Below are positions 49,901-54,760 of a DNA stretch of 54,760 bases, piece by piece. Each line of letters starts with the position of its first letter. Positions within the stretch are counted from its first letter, which is position 1. A program made the position numbers and the translations under genes. The notes beneath the pieces were generated by a model. It searched no databases, was not told the origin of the DNA, and worked only from the letters and a program-made list of their open reading frames with translations. Source of the DNA: Chara braunii (lineage: Eukaryota; Plantae; Charophyceae); assembly GCA_003427395.1 (NCBI GenBank), contig BFEA01000004.1:3056276-3111035 (forward strand). Direction: 5' to 3'.

Positions 49901-52791
49901 CTAGTCTTTGTCTCTGAGAAAGGGGAGGCCGTAAAATCACCCCCAGAGATAGAAGCAGTCGTCGCGCAGTATTCCGACCTTTTTTAGGAGTCCACAGGCG
50001 TGGTGGAGAGGGAGGTGGTCCATGCGATAGAGGATGTCCCAGGTAGTAAGGTGCCTAGATGACGAATCTATAGGATGTCTCCTGCGGAGTTGGATGAGCT
50101 CCGCCTTCAGTTAAAGGAGCTAACAGAAAAGGGATGGATTCAGTTTAGTACCTCCCCTTTACGGCGCTCCAGTTCTATTCGTTCCTAAAAAGAGAGGTAC
50201 CTTAAGGATGTGCATTGATTATAGGGGCCTCAATGTCATCATCGTAAAGAACGCAAAGCCCCTACCCCGCATCGACGACCTATTGGATAGAGTGCAGGGA
50301 TGCAAGTACTTTACTAAGATAGATCTAAAGTCCAGGTACCATCAAATTGCCATTAGACCTGAGGACCAACACAAAACCGCTTTCCAGACCAAGTACGATC
50401 TGTACGAGTTTGTGGTGATGAGTACCTGGAACATTCCAGCATGCAATTAACAAGATTTTTCATGAATACTTAGACAAGTTTATCATCGTGTACCTCAACA
50501 ATATTTTTATCTTTAGTAGGACTGTAGAGGAGCACGTTGAGCACTTGAAAATAGTGCTAGTTCTCCTAAGACAGCACCAATACAAGGTGAACTTGGAGAA
50601 ATGCGAGTTTGGTCGCACCAAGATCTTGTACTTGGGTCATGAAATCTCCGCGGATGGGTTGAGGCCGGCCGATGCTAAAGTGGCCAGCATACGAGACTGG
50701 CCCAGACCTCAGACTATTATTGAGGTCCGATCGTTTTTGGGGATGACGGGAAACTATCGTCCATTTGTTAAAAACTGTACTACTATAGCTTCCTCATTAA
50801 CAGATCTAACTCAACTTGACACCCCTTGGGAGTGGACTGAAGAGTGTGAAGCAGCCTTCAAGAAGCTGAAGTATGCGCTGATGCACTACGAAGTCCTCAA
50901 ACTTCTGGATCTTGAACAACCCTTTGTCGTGACCACGGACGCCAACCACTGTGGCATAGGCACGGTCCTTGCGCAGAAGGAGGGGAAAAAGTTGAGACCG
51001 ATCGATTAGATGAATAAGAAGATGCCGTCTCAGAAGCTAGCCAAATCCACGTATGAGCGTGAGCTTTATGTCCTATATAGAGTGCTGGTCGACTAGAGAC
51101 ACTATCTCCTAGGCGGATTCTTCCACTTGAGATCTGACCATGAGACCTTGCGCCAGATCAAGACACATCATGTACTCTCTAACGCACTCAAGCGGTGGAT
51201 TCAAGTGATAAACATGTATGACTATCAACTTGATCCAATCAAGGGAGAGTATAACAAAGTGGTTGATGCACTATCACGTCGGGCAGATTATCAGGGCGCG
51301 CTAGTGACAGAATTTGGCATATCGGATGATCTAACTCGATCTTTGGTGGAAGCCTATCAACAAGATTCAATGATGTCTTAGATCATTCGTAAATTTAAAG
51401 AGAAAGATAAATTAACTTTTGACGAATTTACGATGGTAGATGGCTTGCTGTTTCTTGAGAAGGCAGGGAATAAAAGACTGTGTTCCAGATAGTGAGTCTT
51501 TGCGTAGTTTATTTTTAAGATAATGTCATAATGCAACTGGCCATTTCGGCTATAAGAAGACTTCAGCTAACTTAGTGCAAAGATTTTGGTGGCCTTCTAT
51601 GATGCAAGATGCTAAGAAGTACGTAAAAACCTGCCAGGTTCGTCAACGGGACAAACCTTGGACTCAGGCTCCGCTTGGGCTTCTCAAACCCTCGTTGATT
51701 CCTGAAGGTCCTGGTCAGAGTGTGTCCATAGACTTGATGGATACTCTTGAGACCAGCAGGACTGGCAAGAGACACATCTTCGTTATAGTGGACCGCTTTT
51801 CCAAGTATGCAACACTTATCGCTATGCCAGAGATTGCTAAGACTGGCTATATCATCAAACTGTTTCTGGATAACTGGGTTCGTGATTTTGGACTCCCTTC
51901 GTCGAAAGAAAGCGATAGGGATGTAAGATTTACCAGCGAACTGTGGCAGTCAACAGTTGAGCAGATGGGCACCAAGGTACAAATGAGGTCAGGAAACCAC
52001 CCTGATTCGAATGGCCAGGCAGAACAAATGAACCGAGTACTACAGCACCTGCTTCGGCATTATATTAAGCCAAGTCAGGATGACTGGGACGAGAAGTTAC
52101 CTCTCGTCGCCAGCCTGTACAACAATGCTGTGCACAGTACTACTGGTATGACTCCCAACCAACTGCATCTTGGTTGGAAGCCCAAAACTGCACTTGACTT
52201 TCTGCTACCCGAAAGACAGCCCGCCGCAGCACCTGGCAGCATAGAATTTGCTGTCAAGTACGAGCAGATGCTGCAGCAGGCCGTCGAGCATGTTAGAAAA
52301 TCTCAGGATGCTATGATTGCATCTGAGGGCCCTCTAACTTTCAGGTAGGTGATAGAGTCTGGGTCAAATCATCTGAACTGGGTCAAGAGCTGGGCATATC
52401 TTGCAAATTGATGCCACAGTGCTTCGGTCCTTGGGAGGTCCTAGACATAGTCGGGGATCAGCAAGACAGACCTTCCTATGTGATTCACATCCCACCTCAC
52501 TTACGCACACACCCAGTTTTTCACGCCTCAAAGCTGGCACCTTTCGCAGAAACTGCACAGTTTCCCTCCAGACGGTCAATGCTGCCCCCAACCATAAATG
52601 GTGAAGTCGACATCGACGGAATCGTGGAGCATCGAATGACGCCAGTACCTAAACCGCCGGGCATCTAGATTCAGACATCATCTAGATTTCAGCGAAGATC
52701 AGTGGTTCACCAGAGAAGAACTCATGCGAACATCACCTCAAGTTATTGCAGGCTATGAAAGAGAACTCAAGGGGAAGATGCCTGCAGATTA
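46960..52791 (+). pseudogene. gag-pol of the Gypsy element, with many stops and frameshifts
   Basis: Knuckle CMNCGNYGHTSRTC; protease AFADIGSTRNF; [26 protein letters not shown]; RNase H TTDA, ERELY; integrase VDRFSK, SDRDVRFTS, GQAE, FGPWEV; chromo-like IDGIVEHR...EDQWFTREEL. Confidence 0.93.
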
Positions 52792-52820
52792 GAAGACTTC
52801 TGAGAGGACTATCGAAGAAT

Positions 52821-52832
52821 AGGAGGAGGGAA
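52821..52832 (+). promoter_or_regulatory. Polypurine tract
   Basis: aggaggagggaa directly before the 3' LTR. Confidence 0.88.
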
Positions 52833-53845
52833 TGCGAGGATCTGGGTCCTCGGCAGGCCTAAGGGGGCCCTGTTGTAGATGTGCCCGCCCTAAGTGAAGG
52901 CGGGCCTGACAAATCAGGAGAGGCCCTCGGCTGTCAATTTCGTATTTGGGGTCCAGACAGTTGTGACATGCCAGTTGGTTGGGGAAAACACAGGCCGAGC
53001 AGCAAAGGCATTTCCACGGCCTTCCAGGCCTTTCCTGAAAATGCAGGCCCTGCGCGAGAATCGCAGCCTATCGCAGCCTCATACATGGACAGTTGGGATG
53101 CCCAACCGAACGACGCCCAGTAGCTGCAAAGGAGGCGCAGCCCCCTGGGGCCTACCGGAAGCTTCTGGGCCGAGGCCCAGGCCAGCCAGGCTGCGAAAGC
53201 AGACAGGCTCTTTCCATATAGGAAAGAGCTCGCTGCCAGGGCATTCATTCAGCGCACTTGCATGGTGGTGCCAGCGCTGCTGGAGCGGACGCTCGTGGGC
53301 TGCTGCTGGCGCTGAGAGGCAAGGTGCTAGCACGTGCGGTCATGTACGATACAGGGCGCTGCTGAGGGCAGCGCCATAGCCCAGCCTTCATAGCTGGCTG
53401 GGGCTTGGTCTACAGTGAGGCGCAGAGGTGGTCTTCGGGTTTACAGAGGGAAGACGTGGGTGTAAGTCAGGGGAGAGAGGATGATGATGATGATGATGAT
53501 GATGTGAGGGCACATGCCTGGCATTGGCAATGGTCTGCTATGGGCGACATCTTCAAGTACTTTGTTGGCTGCTGATGTCAACAGTTGCATTGTCAATTAG
53601 TAGGCTGGTAGTAGCTGTGTAGGGAGTAGGCTGGGCGCCGAGCGCCAAGTAGAGAAATAGGCCTGGACACATATGTTGGTGGTGGCGAGAGCAAGCTCTC
53701 ATTGACATTGGTTTTCAGTGTTACGATTCTCCATTGGTGTCATATTGGTGCAATGCTGCTTTCTGGACACTGTGATATGATCTGGCTCTCAATGTGATTG
53801 TGCAATCTGAATATTGTCATCTCTCTACTGTTCATTTTCCTTGCA
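52833..53845 (+). repeat. 3' LTR
   Basis: tgcgaggatctggg...ttccttgca; collinear with the 5' LTR, with substitutions and small indels. Confidence 0.95.
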
Positions 53846-53961
53846 GTTGTAAGAGTGTAATAAAAGTTTAAAATCTAAAAAGTCTAATTCTGATGACATT
53901 TTTGGTTGCTTGCTTTTTAAGTTTTTAAAAATTTTGGGACTGACTGTCGTCGATTTTGCAG

Positions 53962-54044
53962 TTCGAGACCCGCCGGTGCAGCGGAAACCGTTGAAGCCCC
54001 GAGAACATGATGTTGATTTGACTTCCCGGCTTGGAAAGACGCAG
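53962..54044 (+). CDS. ZMAT2: ZMAT2/Snu23 homologue, coding exon 4 (FRDPPVQRKPLKPREHDVDLTSRLGKTQ); gene continues beyond the window
   Basis: ctgac branch-like site, ttttgcAG| ... CAG|GTgata. PPVQRKPLK.R...VDL.SRLGKTQ is the conserved ZMAT2 segment preceding the matrin-type zinc finger. Confidence 0.93.
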
Positions 54045-54707
54045 GTGATATTTCCATTTCCAACACTCTGTCCTTTTCTTTTTTTTTTAATGAAAAACAG
54101 GTCCTTATGGCCCTGGCTCCATATCTATTCTGGGGAGCATCAGTTCGGTTCCTATTTGGAAGTGCTTTCTTTTTTTTTTTCTCCCTCAACACATATCTGG
54201 AAATTACTAGGATTTTTTTTTTTAAATAATAAATACTTGCACAATCACATGCACAGCGTCGAGTCCAAATTCAAATCGTACAACGCACCCTCAGATGATC
54301 TCACGTTTTTGTCCACACCACACTGCACTCGTTTCTTTTCCTCTTTTTTTTTTTTTGGCCGGCGATCTCTTTTAATTACTCAACGATCGATCCATAAGAC
54401 ATAAATTGAAATCATCTATAGATCATACTTGCGACGCATCGGCCCTGTGCGCTGCGCGGTGCGCTGTGCACAGGGCCGGTGCGCTGGGGGGTGCGAGATG
54501 GCGGGCCGCATATGCGCCAGGTGCACACATCATATATATTTTATTTTTTATTGTTTATGTTGCATTGGAACACACACACACACAGTGAAGTGCCTCGCAA
54601 GCGACTGCAAGATCTGCTTCGCCAGCGCCATCAACAGCTTCACCTGCGCACACACAATCCACAAACAGCCCAGGTGTCAGCCGCTCTTCAACACTTTTCA
54701 AAGCAAG

Positions 54708-54760
54708 CCCTCCTCCCTGCCCCTCAAACCCTCCTCCCCGCCCCTCAAACCCTCCTCCCC
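54708..54760. repeat. ~21-22-bp tandem repeat (ccctcctccccgcccctcaaa), cut by the window end
   Basis: About 2.5 units visible. Confidence 0.8.

Larger units (their letters stand above)
44680..53845 (+). mobile_element. Ty3/Gypsy LTR retrotransposon (chromovirus-like), full-length but decayed, intronic
   Basis: TG...CA LTRs at 44680-45679 and 52833-53845, TSD gttg, PBS, PPT, and domain order gag-PR-RT-RH-INT-chromo. Confidence 0.96.

Noticed and set aside
52894-53379. 161-aa ORF in the 3' LTR
   Set aside because: GC-rich LTR sequence, a non-ATG start, and the frame is not preserved in the 5' LTR.

Overview
Repeat-dense eukaryotic draft-assembly DNA with N gaps and microsatellites. The transposon protein style and very long introns suggest a charophyte alga such as Chara; this is inference only. 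One host gene is recognisable. It is a + strand spliceosomal ZMAT2/Snu23 homologue, and four small coding exons (37752-37760, 40444-40524, 43134-43170, 53962-54044) splice in frame to MSKPDGVDNTFRRKWDKAEYAERARERERKEEEEEERRFRPKFRDPPVQRKPLKPREHDVDLTSRLGKTQ; the gene continues past the window. The rest is nested mobile DNA. It includes a PIF/Harbinger transposase relic and a Penelope-like retroelement with a gag-like knuckle ORF and GIY-YIG upstream of RT (Chlamys/Naiad-type order). It also includes an L1-type LINE with a twin-priming-like 5' inversion bounded by a 13-bp TSD, and an intronic Ty3/Gypsy chromovirus with both LTRs. Smaller elements are a tRNA-derived SINE, a CAAC...GTTG MITE family with 2-bp TSDs that inserts into itself, several hAT-type MITEs, and two ~3-kb diverged direct repeats. 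A Nextera mate-pair junction adapter at 34656-34693 is an assembly artefact.
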